A DNA stretch of 64,000 nucleotides from an uncultured Alphaproteobacteria bacterium (GTDB taxonomy: Bacteria > Pseudomonadota > Alphaproteobacteria > Rhizobiales > Beijerinckiaceae), in the NCBI GenBank assembly GCA_963706255.1, contig CAVPMJ010000010.1, forward strand, positions 1,753 through 65,752. The letters are read 5' to 3'. The translations under genes were made by a program, and so were the position numbers. Below, one piece after another: positions 27,951 through 39,138 of the stretch (the first letter of the stretch is position 1; the number at the start of each line of letters is the position of its first letter). Below the pieces are notes generated by a model. It saw only the letters and a program-made list of their open reading frames with translations. It searched no databases and was not told where the DNA came from.

Positions 27951-28505
27951 CTAGTGCGACGGCGTCGCAGGCCAGCCATGGACGAGCCGGGATTTGATCA
28001 CGAGATCCGCCCAGGGGCCCTTATAGGCGTTGCCCGCCTGCGCCGTCGGCGCCGCCTGCTTGCGGACGCAGATCTCCTTGGCGTCTTCTGATTTCGGCCC
28101 CTCCGCGTAGAAATAGATCACGTTCATTTTCAGCGCGGAATAGAGCTGGTCGAGGACGGTGCCCCGTTTCAGCACGTTGACGCCCCAATGCGCGTCGCGC
28201 GGTCCGCCCGGCTTGAAGCCATAGCCGTAATCGCCGACGCCTTTGATGAGATCGAAGCGGATGTAGCAGAGCTCTCCCTTGGGCGGGGGCTGGGCGACCA
28301 TTTCGCGCGTGGCGATGGCGTCCTGGTTGTTGTAGCGGACATCATAGTCGACCGGAAAATGCCAGACGTCGACCTTTTCGAAATATTTCAAAAGCTCCGT
28401 CTCGTCGGGGTCCGCCTCGGCGCGCGCCGGGGCCGCGGCGAAAAAAAACGCGCCCGCCATCGCGCTCATCGCGCATGCAAATTTGAACGAAAATTCTTTC
28501 TTCAT
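27951..28505 (-). CDS. Secreted hypothetical protein (184 aa)
   Basis: MKKEFSFKFACAMSAMAGAFFFAAAPARA signal. The rest of the 426-aa ORF is antisense to mdh. Confidence 0.6.
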   Translation of the reverse strand: MKKEFSFKFACAMSAMAGAFFFAAAPARAEADPDETELLKYFEKVDVWHFPVDYDVRYNNQDAIATREMVAQPPPKGELCYIRFDLIKGVGDYGYGFKPGGPRDAHWGVNVLKRGTVLDQLYSALKMNVIYFYAEGPKSEDAKEICVRKQAAPTAQAGNAYKGPWADLVIKSRLVHGWPATPSH

Positions 28506-28679
28506 AGGCGTCGCCCTTCCAAGCGGGTCCGTCGCAGTCCCCTCAAGCTTCGCAAGTAGGAAGCCGCAAGCGAGGACGCAATCCCTGCGACATTTGCGCC
28601 CGCTCCCGCCCGGAAAAGCCGCGCCGGACGGGCGCGAGGCGTCTTCCCACGGCCGCAAAAGCGCGGTAGCAGTTTCTAA

Positions 28680-29666
<987 letters not shown>

Positions 29667-29807
29667 GGCGGCCTTCTTTCCCTCGGCGATTCATGCGGGC
29701 GCGTTTCGGCGGCGCGGCGTGAGAAATCGCGAGGCGGCTTGCCCCGCCCCAAATCCGCGCTAGGCTATGGCGTTGCGAAGATTTTTTTTGCGATTGTGGA
29801 GGAAGAC

Positions 29808-30086
29808 ATGTCTTTTCGATTGCTCCTCGCGGCGGCGGTTTGCCTTGGCGCCGGCTTCATCGGCGCGGCGGCGATCGCGCGGCCGGTCACGACCGACGAT
29901 TGCCTGAAGCGCGGTCTTTGCGCCTATGTCAGCCCGCATGGCCGGGTGACCTGCGGGAAATGTCCCGGACAGGCGCATGCGGTCTCGATTCCGACGGGCG
30001 TCAAGGCCCTTTGCGTGGACGATTCTTGGGCCAAAGGCGGCGCATGTTCCGGCCATGGCGGCGTGAAGGTTCCCCTCAAGCGATAG
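29808..30086 (+). CDS. Secreted DUF3761-like protein
   Basis: Signal peptide plus CVDDSWAKGGACSGHGGV. Confidence 0.55.
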   Translation: MSFRLLLAAAVCLGAGFIGAAAIARPVTTDDCLKRGLCAYVSPHGRVTCGKCPGQAHAVSIPTGVKALCVDDSWAKGGACSGHGGVKVPLKR

Positions 30087-30429
30087 TCGGCGGCCCGTCG
30101 GCAATGACGTCCTCCCCTTCAAGGGGAAGGTCGAGGCCCAGCGCGAAATTTCCCGTCGCCGCTGGCGGCGCGGGGCAAGGCGTCCGGGACGCCGCGGCCC
30201 GTTCAGGCCTTGGCGCAAAAAATCGTCGGGCCGCAGTTTCGTCCCGGACTCGGATCGCGTCTCTCTCGCCGCCTCCGGGCCGAGGTCGCCGTCCCCCGTT
30301 GGGGTCGCCAGCGCCCGCGCCGACCTCGGATATTGCGCTCCGGCCTTTACTGCTCCGCACGAAGGAGAAGCCAGGAGCGGCGACGCGCCGCCGGTCGGAA
30401 CGAGGGTCGTCCGTCCCGCCGGATCCGAC

Positions 30430-30626
30430 CCCCGCCCGGCGCCTCCAGACCCATCGGGAAGCGCCCCTTGCGGTCGGCGGGGGTGGAGAGAGCATAGGGG
30501 CGTTTGAAGGGGTGGGGATAAGCAGTCCCCATGCTGTCGCGGACTCCGCCCGGTCGCGGGCGCAACTAATCATCGAAGTCGATGGTCTTTCCTATTTAGC
30601 GGCGCGCAGAAGCGCGGAGGCGGTTC
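30430..30626 (+). pseudogene. Degenerate DUF559 (Vsr-like endonuclease) remnant
   Basis: ARRLQTHREAPL...VADSARSRAQLIIEVDG aligns with ARRLRANATSAE...IADFACLRARLLIEIDG of the neighbouring copy. Followed by the same 56-nt repeat. Confidence 0.45.
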
Positions 30627-30682
30627 TCACCCCACCCCGGACGGCTGCGCCGTCCGACCCTCCCCCTCAAGGGGCGGGTGGG
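30627..30682 (+). repeat. Structured 56-nt REP-like element R1 (forward)
   Basis: TCACCCCACCCCG-[GACGGC tgc GCCGTC]-CGACCCTCCCCCTCAAGGGGCGGGTGG. Confidence 0.85.
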
Positions 30683-30771
30683 ATTCGGTTGACCGACATT
30701 GGATACGCGCGACTGCGCGCATGCCCTGTTGACCAGGTGGCTTCGTCACGTCTGATTCTTTCGCTGCGCGA

Positions 30772-30827
30772 CCCACCCTCCCCTTGAGGGGGAGGGTCGC
30801 ATTGCGTAGCAATGCGGGGTGGGGTGA
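30772..30827 (-). repeat. Structured REP-like element R2 (inverted)
   Basis: The reverse complement matches R1/R3 in both flanks. The central hairpin is CATTGC tac GCAATG, with compensatory changes. Confidence 0.85.
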
Positions 30828-30843
30828 CGCATGCAAGAGCGCA

Positions 30844-31328
30844 ATACGACTTCGCTCCGACAGGCTACGACCGTTTCGCCGCGCGACAGCCCGTCGCTTG
30901 CGCGCGAATGCGACGAGCGCCGAAGAGAGACTATGGCGCGAGATCGATCGCATTCCTCTTTTGCGCACGCATTTTCGTCGACAGGCGGCGATCGGCCCCT
31001 ATATCGCGGACTTCGCCTGCCTGCGGGCGAGACTCCTCATCGAGATCGATGGCCTTCGCACACATGCGACGGCTCGCAGAAGGGCGACGCTCAACACACC
31101 GCTTGGCTGGAAAAGGAAGGCTATCGAGTGCTGCGGTTCTGGAACGCCGAGGTCTTCGACAACATCGACGGCGTGTTAGACACGATCTATGCGGCCCTGT
31201 ACGGCTCGCCGAGCGCAGAGCCCGTGCTCACCCCACCCCGGACGGCTGCGCCGTCCGACCCTCCCCCTCAAGGGGAGGGTGGGGCTGCGCGCGCAGTCGA
31301 CTTCAACCGCGACCCCGCGCCTCCTTGA
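30844..31328 (+). pseudogene. DUF559 domain protein, frame broken near 31050, no canonical start
   Basis: One frame reads ...ARRLRANATSAEERLWREI...FRRQAAIGPYIADFACLRARLLIEIDG. It continues in another frame as SHTCDGSQKGDAQHTAWLEKEGYRVLRFWNAEVFDNIDGVLDTIY. Confidence 0.7.
31228..31284 (+). repeat. Structured REP-like element R3 (forward)
   Basis: Nearly identical to R1. Confidence 0.85.
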
Positions 31329-31407
31329 CGAATCCGCTCCGTCTATGCCTTTTGGCCGCGATTAAGCCCGCGCCGGCGCGAGATTCCGCCAGGGAGACGA
31401 CAAGTCC

Positions 31408-32604
31408 ATGAACATCCACGAATATCAGGCCAAGGCCGTTCTGCGCGAATTCGGCGCGCCCGTCGCCGACGGCTTCGCCGTGCTGCGCGCCGAGGACGCG
31501 CGCGCCGCCGCCGAGAAGCTCCCCGGCCCGGTCTATGTGGTGAAGGCGCAAATTCACGCCGGCGGGCGCGGCAAGGGCAAGTTCAAGGAGGCGCATGCGG
31601 GCGACAAGGGCGGCGTGCGCATCGCCAAATCCATCGACGAGGCCGAAGCCTTCGCCAAGCAGATGCTGGGCGCGACGCTCGTCACGCTGCAGACCGGCGA
31701 AGAGGGCAAGCAGGTCAACCGCCTCTATATCGAGGACGGCGCCGCGATCGACAAGGAATTCTATCTCTCCATGCTGATCGACCGCGCCACCTCGCGCGTC
31801 GCCTTCGTCGTCTCGACCGAGGGCGGCATGAATATCGAAGAGGTCGCGCATGACACGCCCGAGAAGATCGTGACCTTCTCGGTCGATCCCGCGACCGGGC
31901 TGATGCCGCATCACGGCCGCCATATCGCCGACGCGCTGGGCCTCAAGGGCGATCTCGCCAAACAGGCCGGGGAGCTGGCCGAAAAGCTCTATGCGGCTTT
32001 CATCGCCAAGGACATGGAGCTCCTCGAGATCAATCCGCTGATCGTCACCAAGGACGGCAAGCTGCGCTGCCTCGACGCCAAAATGTCCTTCGACGGCAAT
32101 GCGCTCTACCGCCATCCCGACATCGTCGAGTTGCGCGACAAGAGCGAAGAGGACGAGAAGGAGATCGAGGCGTCGAAGCACGACCTCGCCTATATCTCGC
32201 TGCCCGGCAATATCGGCTGCATGGTCAATGGCGCCGGCCTCGCCATGGCGACGATGGACATCATCAAGCTCTATGGCGAGTTTCCCGCGAACTTCCTCGA
32301 TGTCGGCGGCGGCGCCACGACGGAGAAGGTGACGGCGGCGTTCAAGATCATCACCGCCGACCCCAATGTGAAGGGGATTCTGGTCAACATCTTCGGCGGC
32401 ATCATGCGCTGCGACACGATCGCCGAAGGCGTGATCGCGGCGGTGAAGGAAGTGGGCCTCAAGGTTCCGCTCGTGGTGCGGTTAGAGGGCACCAATGTCG
32501 ATCTCGGCAAGAAGATCATCAATGAGTTGGGGCTGAACGTCATTCCGGCCGACGATCTCGACGACGCGGCGCAGAAGATCGTGGGCGCGATCCGGGCGGC
32601 GTGA
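31408..32604 (+). CDS. sucC: Succinyl-CoA ligase (ADP-forming) beta subunit
   Basis: [16 protein letters not shown]...IHAGGRGKG...[15 protein letters not shown]...[10 protein letters not shown]. Confidence 0.95.
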   Translation: MNIHEYQAKAVLREFGAPVADGFAVLRAEDARAAAEKLPGPVYVVKAQIHAGGRGKGKFKEAHAGDKGGVRIAKSIDEAEAFAKQMLGATLVTLQTGEEGKQVNRLYIEDGAAIDKEFYLSMLIDRATSRVAFVVSTEGGMNIEEVAHDTPEKIVTFSVDPATGLMPHHGRHIADALGLKGDLAKQAGELAEKLYAAFIAKDMELLEINPLIVTKDGKLRCLDAKMSFDGNALYRHPDIVELRDKSEEDEKEIEASKHDLAYISLPGNIGCMVNGAGLAMATMDIIKLYGEFPANFLDVGGGATTEKVTAAFKIITADPNVKGILVNIFGGIMRCDTIAEGVIAAVKEVGLKVPLVVRLEGTNVDLGKKIINELGLNVIPADDLDDAAQKIVGAIRAA

Positions 32605-32630
32605 GCCGCTGCGGGATCTTTGGCTTCTTC

Positions 32631-32688
32631 CTTCTCCCGCTTGCGGGAGAAGGTGGCCCTCGCGTAAGCGAGGGTCGGATGAGGGCGC
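32631..32688 (+). repeat. REP family B element
   Basis: CTTCTCCCGC-ttgc-GGGAGAAG plus GCCCTCGC-gtaa-GCGAGGGTC plus GGATGAGGGCGC. Also at 50121-50281. Confidence 0.8.
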
Positions 32689-32819
32689 AAATGCGCGACG
32701 ATGCGCCAGCCAATAACCGTGAATAGATACGCTTGATCAATCGCCAAGCTCTCTTGCGCCTTGCTTCGCGGGCGCAAAAGGGCCATGTTTGCCTGCGACT
32801 TTAGTCATTCCCGGCCACT

Positions 32820-34665
32820 TTGCCGCGGGCGTCGGCCTTTATTCGCGCCCTTCGGCCGTCGTCCTTTAGGAAAGCGCCTGTGCCCAACTCCGCCCGTTCG
32901 CTTGCGCTCTCGTCTCCCCGCGCGAGACGCGCCCTGACGCGCTTTTGTCTCGCGCCGCTCGCCGCGACGGCCGCCTTCGCGCTTTCCTGCGAGAGCAGCC
33001 TCGCCGCGCGCGAAAATCTCATCGTCGCGCGGCCCTTCGAGGTCGGCGCCAGCCTTTCGGGCAATTATCTCGCGGCGATCATCGCGGGGGCGGAGCGCGA
33101 CACGCTCGCCGCCTCGACCTTCTTCCGCGAGGCGCTGCGCGACGACCCCAAGAACACCGATCTCGCCGACCGCGCCTTCGTCGCCGCGCTCGCCAATGGC
33201 AATTTGTCGGAGGCGATAACGCTCAGCCGAAACGTCCTCGCGCATGACCGCGCCAATGGCCTCGCGCATCTCGCGCGCGGCGTCGACGCCGTCAAGAACC
33301 GCAAATACCCCGCCGCGCGCGCCGAATTCGCCAAGGGCGGCGGAGACCGGCGCCGCGACATCACCTCGACGCTGCTCACCGCCTGGAGTTACGCCGGCGC
33401 CAAGGACACGCGACGCGCCCTGGCGACGCTCGATACGCTCAACGACGAAGCCTTCGTCGTTTTTCGCGATTATCACGCCGCGCTCATCGCCGATCTTGGC
33501 GGCGACAAGGCGGAGGCCGAGAAGCGGTTCAAATCGGCCTATAGCGCCGAGAGGAACACGCTGCGCCTCGTCGACGCCTACGCCCGCTTCCTGGCGACGC
33601 GCGGCCAGCGCGACGAGGCGCGGCAAATGTACAAATCCTTCGACGACGTCGCCCCCAATCATCCGATCGTCGTCGCTGGCCTCGCCGCGCTCGATGAAGG
33701 CAAGCCGCTGTCGCCCTTCGTGCGCAGCGCCGACGACGGCGCGGGCGAAGTGCTCTATGGCCTCGGCGCGGTCGGCGGCCGCCAGGGCGACGAGCTCGCT
33801 TCGCTGATCTATCTGCGCCTCTCGCTCTATCTCGCGCCGCAGAACGCGCTGGCGATCGTCACGCTTGGCGACGTTTATGAGCGCATGAAGCAGGAAGAGG
33901 CCGCGATCGATCTTTACGACAGCGTGCCGGACGACAGTCCGCTTCGCGTCAACGCCGACGTGCAGGCGGCGCTGCTGCTCGAAACGCTGGGCAAGTCGAA
34001 AGAGGCGAGCGAACATCTTGCCGCCGTCGTCGCGGCGAACCCCAAGAACCAGGAGGCGCTGACCGCGCTCGGCAATCTCCAGCGCTCGCGCAAGCTCTTT
34101 GCGGACGCCGCCACGACCTATACGCGCGTATTGGATTTGCAGCCGAAAACCGACAGAGGCCAGTGGCTGCTCTATTATTATCGCGGCATCGCCAATGAGC
34201 GGAGCAAGAATTGGCCGGCGGCCGAAGCCGATCTCAAGAAGGCGCTGGAGCTCAATCCCGATCAGCCGCTGGTGCTTGAATTATCTCGGCTATTCATGGG
34301 TCGATCAGGGGACCAATCTCGACGAGGCCTTCAAGATGCTGCGCCGCGCCGTCGATCTGCGGCAGCGCGACGGCTATGTCGTCGACAGTCTTGGCTGGGC
34401 CTATTACCGGCTCGGGCGCTATGACGACGCGGTGCGCGAATTGGAGAAAGCGATCGATCTGAAGCCGTCCGATCCGGTCATCAACGATCATCTCGGCGAC
34501 GCCTATTGGCGCGTCGGCCGCAAGCTCGAGGCGCATTTCCAGTGGAACCATGCGCGCGATCTCAATCCCGATCCGGACGATCTGCCGAAGATTCTCGAGA
34601 AGATCAAGAACGGCATGTCCGACAAGCCGGCGGTGGCGGGCGATGCGAAGAGGACGGGCGGGTAG
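32820..34665 (+). CDS. TPR-repeat protein, frame interrupted by a 1-nt indel at about 34278
   Basis: ORF 32820-34424 leaves the TPR pattern after ...ELNPDQPLVL. The +1 frame continues NYLGYSWVDQGTNLDEAFKMLRRAV... to 34665. Length is 3n+1. Confidence 0.75.
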
Positions 34666-34854
34666 GGGATTTTCCGTCGCAAGGACAAGCCTGGGCGCAT
34701 TGTCCGGCGACGATGTCATTCCCGACAGGCCGAAGGCCTGATCGGGAATCCAGAAAACGATTTAATACGCCTGTGCTGCTCTGGATCCCCGATCGCTCGC
34801 GTTTCGCGAGCGTCGGGGATGACTGCCGCCAGTTTGCAATGACGGAGTGAGGCG

Positions 34855-35275
34855 CTACGCCTTCTCTCCCGCCATCTCCAGCGCCACCGCGCCATTCCGC
34901 ATCGCTCACCGGCTGGACGGAGAGGCGCGAATTGTTCACGAGCACCATATCCTTCAGCCGCGGCTCGGCCTTGATCTCAGCAAGCGTCACGGGCTTCTTC
35001 AGCGCCTTCACGGCCTTCACGTCGACCATGCCGAATTTGCCGGTCTCGTCGGTGTGGTCGGGATAATAGGTCTTGATGATCTCGACGATGCCGACGATCG
35101 CCTTGTCCTCGTTCGAATGATAGAAGAAGCCGCGATCGCCCTTCTTCATCGCCATGAGATTGAGTTTGGCCGAATGATTGCGCACGCCGTTCCAGAACGT
35201 GCCCTTCGCCCCGGCCGCGACCTGCTGATCCCACGACCAGCTCGACGGTTCGCTTTTGAGCAGCCAATGCGCCAT
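34855..35275 (-). CDS. EVE (DUF55) domain protein, frame interrupted near 34889
   Basis: MAHWLLKSEPSSWSWDQQV...RLSVQPVSDAEWR, then another frame gives VALEMAGEKA*, which matches the usual EVE C-terminus. The ORF as given runs on to 34604. Confidence 0.7.
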
Positions 35276-35562
35276 CAGAGCTGCGCCCCCACCACGCGTT
35301 TCCAGGGCCGCAGCTCGACGCGGGCGAAAAGGCCGGCGGCGGCGTAGGGGTCCTCGGCCAGCAGCGCGCGCGCCGCCGCCTCGTCCTCGCAATCGAGAAT
35401 CAGGAGCGAGCCGACCGGCTTCTCGCCGGCGTCATCGAGAAAGGGGCCCCCTAGCTTCACGCGCGCGGCGTGCGTCTCCAGGAAGGAAAGATGCGCGGCG
35501 CGGGTCGAGAGCCGAAGATCGACATGATCCGGCTTGTCGATGCAAAGGGCGGCGAAGAGCAA
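35275..35562 (-). CDS. YciI-family protein
   Basis: TTG start gives MLFAALCIDKPDHVDLRLSTRAAHLSFL...LLILDCEDEAAARALLAEDPY. The stop overlaps the EVE start. Confidence 0.65.
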   Translation of the reverse strand: MLFAALCIDKPDHVDLRLSTRAAHLSFLETHAARVKLGGPFLDDAGEKPVGSLLILDCEDEAAARALLAEDPYAAAGLFARVELRPWKRVVGAQL

Positions 35563-35639
35563 TAGCGCCTCTCGGGATGGACGGGGACGTCGCCGCCTTT
35601 GTTCCAAAGCGCGCGGGCGCGGTCAAGCCGCAGCGGGCG

Positions 35640-36836
35640 TCACAACGCGCGTTTGATCGGCGCCTTGCCCGACGCCTCGGCCCCGTCGAGTTCGGCGACG
35701 CGGTCGCCGAAGTGGATGATCGCTTCGCGCAGCGCGGCGATGTCGTTCTCGCTCGCCGTCTCCGCGGCGACGCCCAAGGGCCGCGCGCCATTGCCATTGC
35801 CGCGGCGCTGATTGGCGCGCAGCGCTTCGACCGCGCCCTGCAGCATGGCGTTGTCCGAGCGGACGGTCTCCAGCTTGTCGGCGCTGTCGCGCGCCTCGCC
35901 GCGCGCGACGCGCAAGGCGTTTTCAAAATGATCGGTCTCGTTTCTGTGACGCTCCTGCGCCGCCTTCAGCTGCGCGCGCGTTTCGTCAAGGTCCGCCGCG
36001 AGCGACTGGCCGCAGAGGCGCATCGTCTCCAGTTCGGCGGAAGCGCGCGTCAGTTCCTTTTCCAGCCCAGCCGCGCGGGCCGCTTCCTCCGAGGCGCGCG
36101 CGTAGTCCTCGTGCAGGATTTCCAACGCGCGCTGCATGTCGGTGTTCTGCTGGTGCAGCGCGCCGATCCTCGCCTCATGCGCGACGACGCTGGTCAATTG
36201 CGCCTCGGTCTGCCGGCCGAGTTCTTCCTTGTCGGTTTCGAGCAGGCGCAGGCGTTCGACGCCGCGTTCGGCGCGCTCGGTCAATTCATGCAGCGCCATT
36301 TCCGTGGAGCTCAGCAGCTCGGTGCGCTCCGCCAGGACCCTTTGGGCTTCGCTGACGCGCAGATTCATCTCGCGATTGTCGGCTTCCGCCGTCTTCAGGC
36401 TCGTCTCGAGACCGGCGATGCGCGCCGCGTGTCGGCCCATCTCGGCGAGATCGACGGCTCTCGTCGTTTTCACCGCTTCCATCTCCTGTTCGAGACGGCG
36501 CTCGCGCACGGCGAATTCGGCGCGCAGCAGATCGCGTTCGGCGACGACTTCCTCCATCGACATGGGCGCGAGCATTTGCAGCCGCCGCATCGACAGACGT
36601 AGGGCGCGCCGCCAGAAAGCAGGCAAGAACATCAATGTGAACAGCCCGGCGACGAGGAAGCCGAGCGCAAAATACATCGCTTGTTCGATCAAGACGCGAC
36701 AATCCTTGAGCCGTCTCGCGCCCCTGGCGGATGGCCGCGCGATTTTGCCACGTCCCGACGCCGAAGGCAAAGCCGCGACGCCCCTTTTGCGCAAAGTCGC
36801 TGCAAACTCATCCATTTGGATGGCGACATTCGTCAT
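35640..36836 (-). CDS. Membrane-anchored coiled-coil protein
   Basis: TM segment YFALGFLVAGLFTLMFLPAFW, followed by about 300 aa of heptad-like E/R/A/L-rich sequence. Start uncertain (36836 or 36677). The upstream extension to 37463 is rejected. Confidence 0.55.
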   Translation of the reverse strand: MTNVAIQMDEFAATLRKRGVAALPSASGRGKIARPSARGARRLKDCRVLIEQAMYFALGFLVAGLFTLMFLPAFWRRALRLSMRRLQMLAPMSMEEVVAERDLLRAEFAVRERRLEQEMEAVKTTRAVDLAEMGRHAARIAGLETSLKTAEADNREMNLRVSEAQRVLAERTELLSSTEMALHELTERAERGVERLRLLETDKEELGRQTEAQLTSVVAHEARIGALHQQNTDMQRALEILHEDYARASEEAARAAGLEKELTRASAELETMRLCGQSLAADLDETRAQLKAAQERHRNETDHFENALRVARGEARDSADKLETVRSDNAMLQGAVEALRANQRRGNGNGARPLGVAAETASENDIAALREAIIHFGDRVAELDGAEASGKAPIKRAL

Positions 36837-37016
36837 GGGCGGATCGCAGATGCCTGGCAGGGCGCGCGTCCTCGGGGCGCGGACGGCTCCCAGACGGCCT
36901 AAGCCAAAAAACGCGTCGGAAGGCTTCTTCAGGAGAGCGCATATGCATTTTTTTGCTGTCGGTTTGCGCGATCGCGCTTGCGGGATCGCCGAGGTCCGAT
37001 CCGCGTGGCGGCGCAA

Positions 37017-37442
37017 ATGAGCGCGCCGCGCTGCCCCGGCACGCCGTCGCAAATCGTCGGCGAGGCGCCCGGAAGGGCGGAACGAGATGCGCGCGAGCCG
37101 CATTTCGCCGCCACGCTCGTAGCCGACGAGCGCTTCCTCGCCGCCGCGCAAGCGCAGGGCTCGCCCGCGCGGCGTTTTCGCTTCGCCGCCGCCTGCGTGG
37201 AAGGCGATTGCGCGCATTGGAGCGGCGACGCGTGCGGATTGCTCGGCCGCATCGCGCGGCTGCTCGCGGAGGCGGGCGCGCCGGTAAGGCCGAGCCCGGC
37301 CTATGACTGCACGATCCGCGACAACTGCCGCTGGCGAGAGCAGCGCGGCGACGAGGCCTGCGGCATATGCGGATTTGTCGTGACCGAGCCGCTCGAATCC
37401 CAATCGCAAGGCGCGCGCAAGGGCTGCGAGGCGACGCTCTAA
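37017..37442 (+). CDS. Cys-rich hypothetical protein (141 aa)
   Basis: High GC3 in this frame. Motifs CVEGDCAHWSGDACGL and CTIRDNCRW...CGICGF. Confidence 0.45.
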   Translation: MSAPRCPGTPSQIVGEAPGRAERDAREPHFAATLVADERFLAAAQAQGSPARRFRFAAACVEGDCAHWSGDACGLLGRIARLLAEAGAPVRPSPAYDCTIRDNCRWREQRGDEACGICGFVVTEPLESQSQGARKGCEATL

Positions 37443-37463
37443 GCCGATGAACGGCGGCTCCAA

Positions 37464-38369
37464 TCAGCCGGCGGAGTCCGAGACGGGCCGCGTGTCATGG
37501 AATTTGGCGTAGTCGACGGTCGTCAAGCCGGCGTCGTCGACGCTCATAATGTCGACATAGGCGCGATCGACCGCAATATCCGCGCCGGGATAGTTCCTGC
37601 GCGCCCGCAGCGTGAGGCTCGACGTTTCGTCATGGCCTTCGATCGTGACGATGAAGGTGGCGTCGCTCATCAAGAATTCCTCCTGCGACCAGCCATGGAG
37701 CGGGCTTGCGGCGTCAATCACATGCATGATCGTCCAACTCAGCGCGAACATCGGATTTTCGTCGCGAACAAGCGAAAGCCGGTGGATGCGGCGAAAGCTC
37801 TCGCCCTCCGCGGTTTGCTCGGTTTTTAGAAGCCAGAGTTTGGCGCTCGCGTTGGAGATCATATTCTGACGCGCATTGGCGAATTGGATCATGAGCGTCG
37901 GCGCGCCTTCGAGTCTCGCGACGACAGGATTGCGCGCGAACAGCACGCGGGCGCGCGGCTGCGTGAAGCGGGCCAATATCAGTCCCGTCGTCAGGGCGAG
38001 GGAGGAGACGCCAATAAAGGCGCCGAGCGCCGCGATAGAGTGTCCGTAGATTGTGCGCGGATGCATGTCGCCATAGCCGACCGTGGCGAAGGTCTCGATG
38101 CTGAAGAAGAAATAGTCGATGAACGCGCCTGGGCGGGCGTTGGCGATCGGATCGTCGCCAAGCATGTAAAGCGAGGCGAAGCCCAGATTGAACGCGACAA
38201 AAACCACCGCCGCGCCGGCGAAAAACGCCGGCCAGCTCACCGTCATCGCTTGATGGTGCAGATCTTTCCAGAAGCTCGGCTCGATGCCGACGGCGAGAAT
38301 GTCGCGATCGCCCAGCGGCACACGCCGCCCGTTCTTGCGGGAGCGAAGTCGGACGAAACGATCAAGCAC
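37464..38369 (-). CDS. Inward-rectifier-type potassium channel (KirBac family)
   Basis: Two TM helices flank the selectivity filter TVGYGD. C-terminal cytoplasmic beta-rich domain. Confidence 0.85.
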   Translation of the reverse strand: MLDRFVRLRSRKNGRRVPLGDRDILAVGIEPSFWKDLHHQAMTVSWPAFFAGAAVVFVAFNLGFASLYMLGDDPIANARPGAFIDYFFFSIETFATVGYGDMHPRTIYGHSIAALGAFIGVSSLALTTGLILARFTQPRARVLFARNPVVARLEGAPTLMIQFANARQNMISNASAKLWLLKTEQTAEGESFRRIHRLSLVRDENPMFALSWTIMHVIDAASPLHGWSQEEFLMSDATFIVTIEGHDETSSLTLRARRNYPGADIAVDRAYVDIMSVDDAGLTTVDYAKFHDTRPVSDSAG

Positions 38370-38408
38370 GCCGCTATTGTCCCTGTCCGACAGCCTTGCT
38401 TGCCCGGA

Positions 38409-39005
38409 TCAGAAAGGATTCCAGGTCGATTGCGGCGTGAATTTCAAATAGCCGAGGTTGAGGCCGAGCCGCGCGCCGAGGCCGGAGCGCACCGGCATGA
38501 CCACGACATCCTCATTGTTGAGCGCGGTGAAGCCGAAGCCGCCGACGAGATAGGCCGAGCCATTGGCGCCGGCGAAGCGGCGATAGATCGCATCGACCGA
38601 GGGAAGATTATAGACGAGCATCATGGTGCGGTCGCCATCGGCGCCGGCGTCGAAGCCGATCGACGGACCCTGCCAATAGACGCGCTGCTGGCCGGCGTTG
38701 CGCGTATACATCGTGCCCTCGCCATAGCGCAGGCCGCCGATGAAGGCGCCGCTTCCCTCCTGTCCGAGAATATAAGCGTTGGGGCGGCCCCACTGGCGCG
38801 AGGCGCGTTCGACGCCGTCCGCGAGGCCGCGGGAAATCGAGCCGAAGAAACGATGGCCGTTTTCGACGATTTCGCCGCTGGAATAGCTCTCCGGCCGCGG
38901 ATTGGCGCGCGCCAGGGGAACGGGCGCCGCGAGGGCGCAGACGGAAGCGCCGGCGAGGCGCAACAGATCGCGGCGCGAGCCGGCGTTGATTTTCGATTTG
39001 CTCAT
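38409..39005 (-). CDS. Periplasmic DUF1134 (EipA-like) protein
   Basis: Tat-like SRRDLLRLAG signal. GSGAFIGGLRYGEG...GPSIGFDAG. Confidence 0.65.
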   Translation of the reverse strand: MSKSKINAGSRRDLLRLAGASVCALAAPVPLARANPRPESYSSGEIVENGHRFFGSISRGLADGVERASRQWGRPNAYILGQEGSGAFIGGLRYGEGTMYTRNAGQQRVYWQGPSIGFDAGADGDRTMMLVYNLPSVDAIYRRFAGANGSAYLVGGFGFTALNNEDVVVMPVRSGLGARLGLNLGYLKFTPQSTWNPF

Positions 39006-39138
39006 GATCGCGGAACTCCACAGGCGCGAACGTTGTTAACGGCCTCCATGCGTCGGCGTTAAGGATGGCCGACGCGCGGCGCCGATGCGTCGCAAAAAGG
39101 ACGCGAAGCGTTGCGCCGCCTAGAGTTGCGCGGCGTGG

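Noticed and set aside
31303-32181. 292-aa ORF antisense to sucC, and similar long antisense ORFs (32805-34016, 22700-23827, 56952-58181, 37884-39062, 42547-43428, 4719-5642, 5768-6286)
   Set aside because: Each overlaps a gene with unambiguous homology on the other strand. Their composition is Arg/Ala/Gly-rich, as expected for GC-rich shadow frames.
36837-37463. N-terminal 209-aa extension of the coiled-coil protein ORF (35640-37463)
   Set aside because: The extension is Arg/Ala-rich with no features. The opposite strand carries a better-looking Cys-rich ORF with high GC3 (37017-37442).
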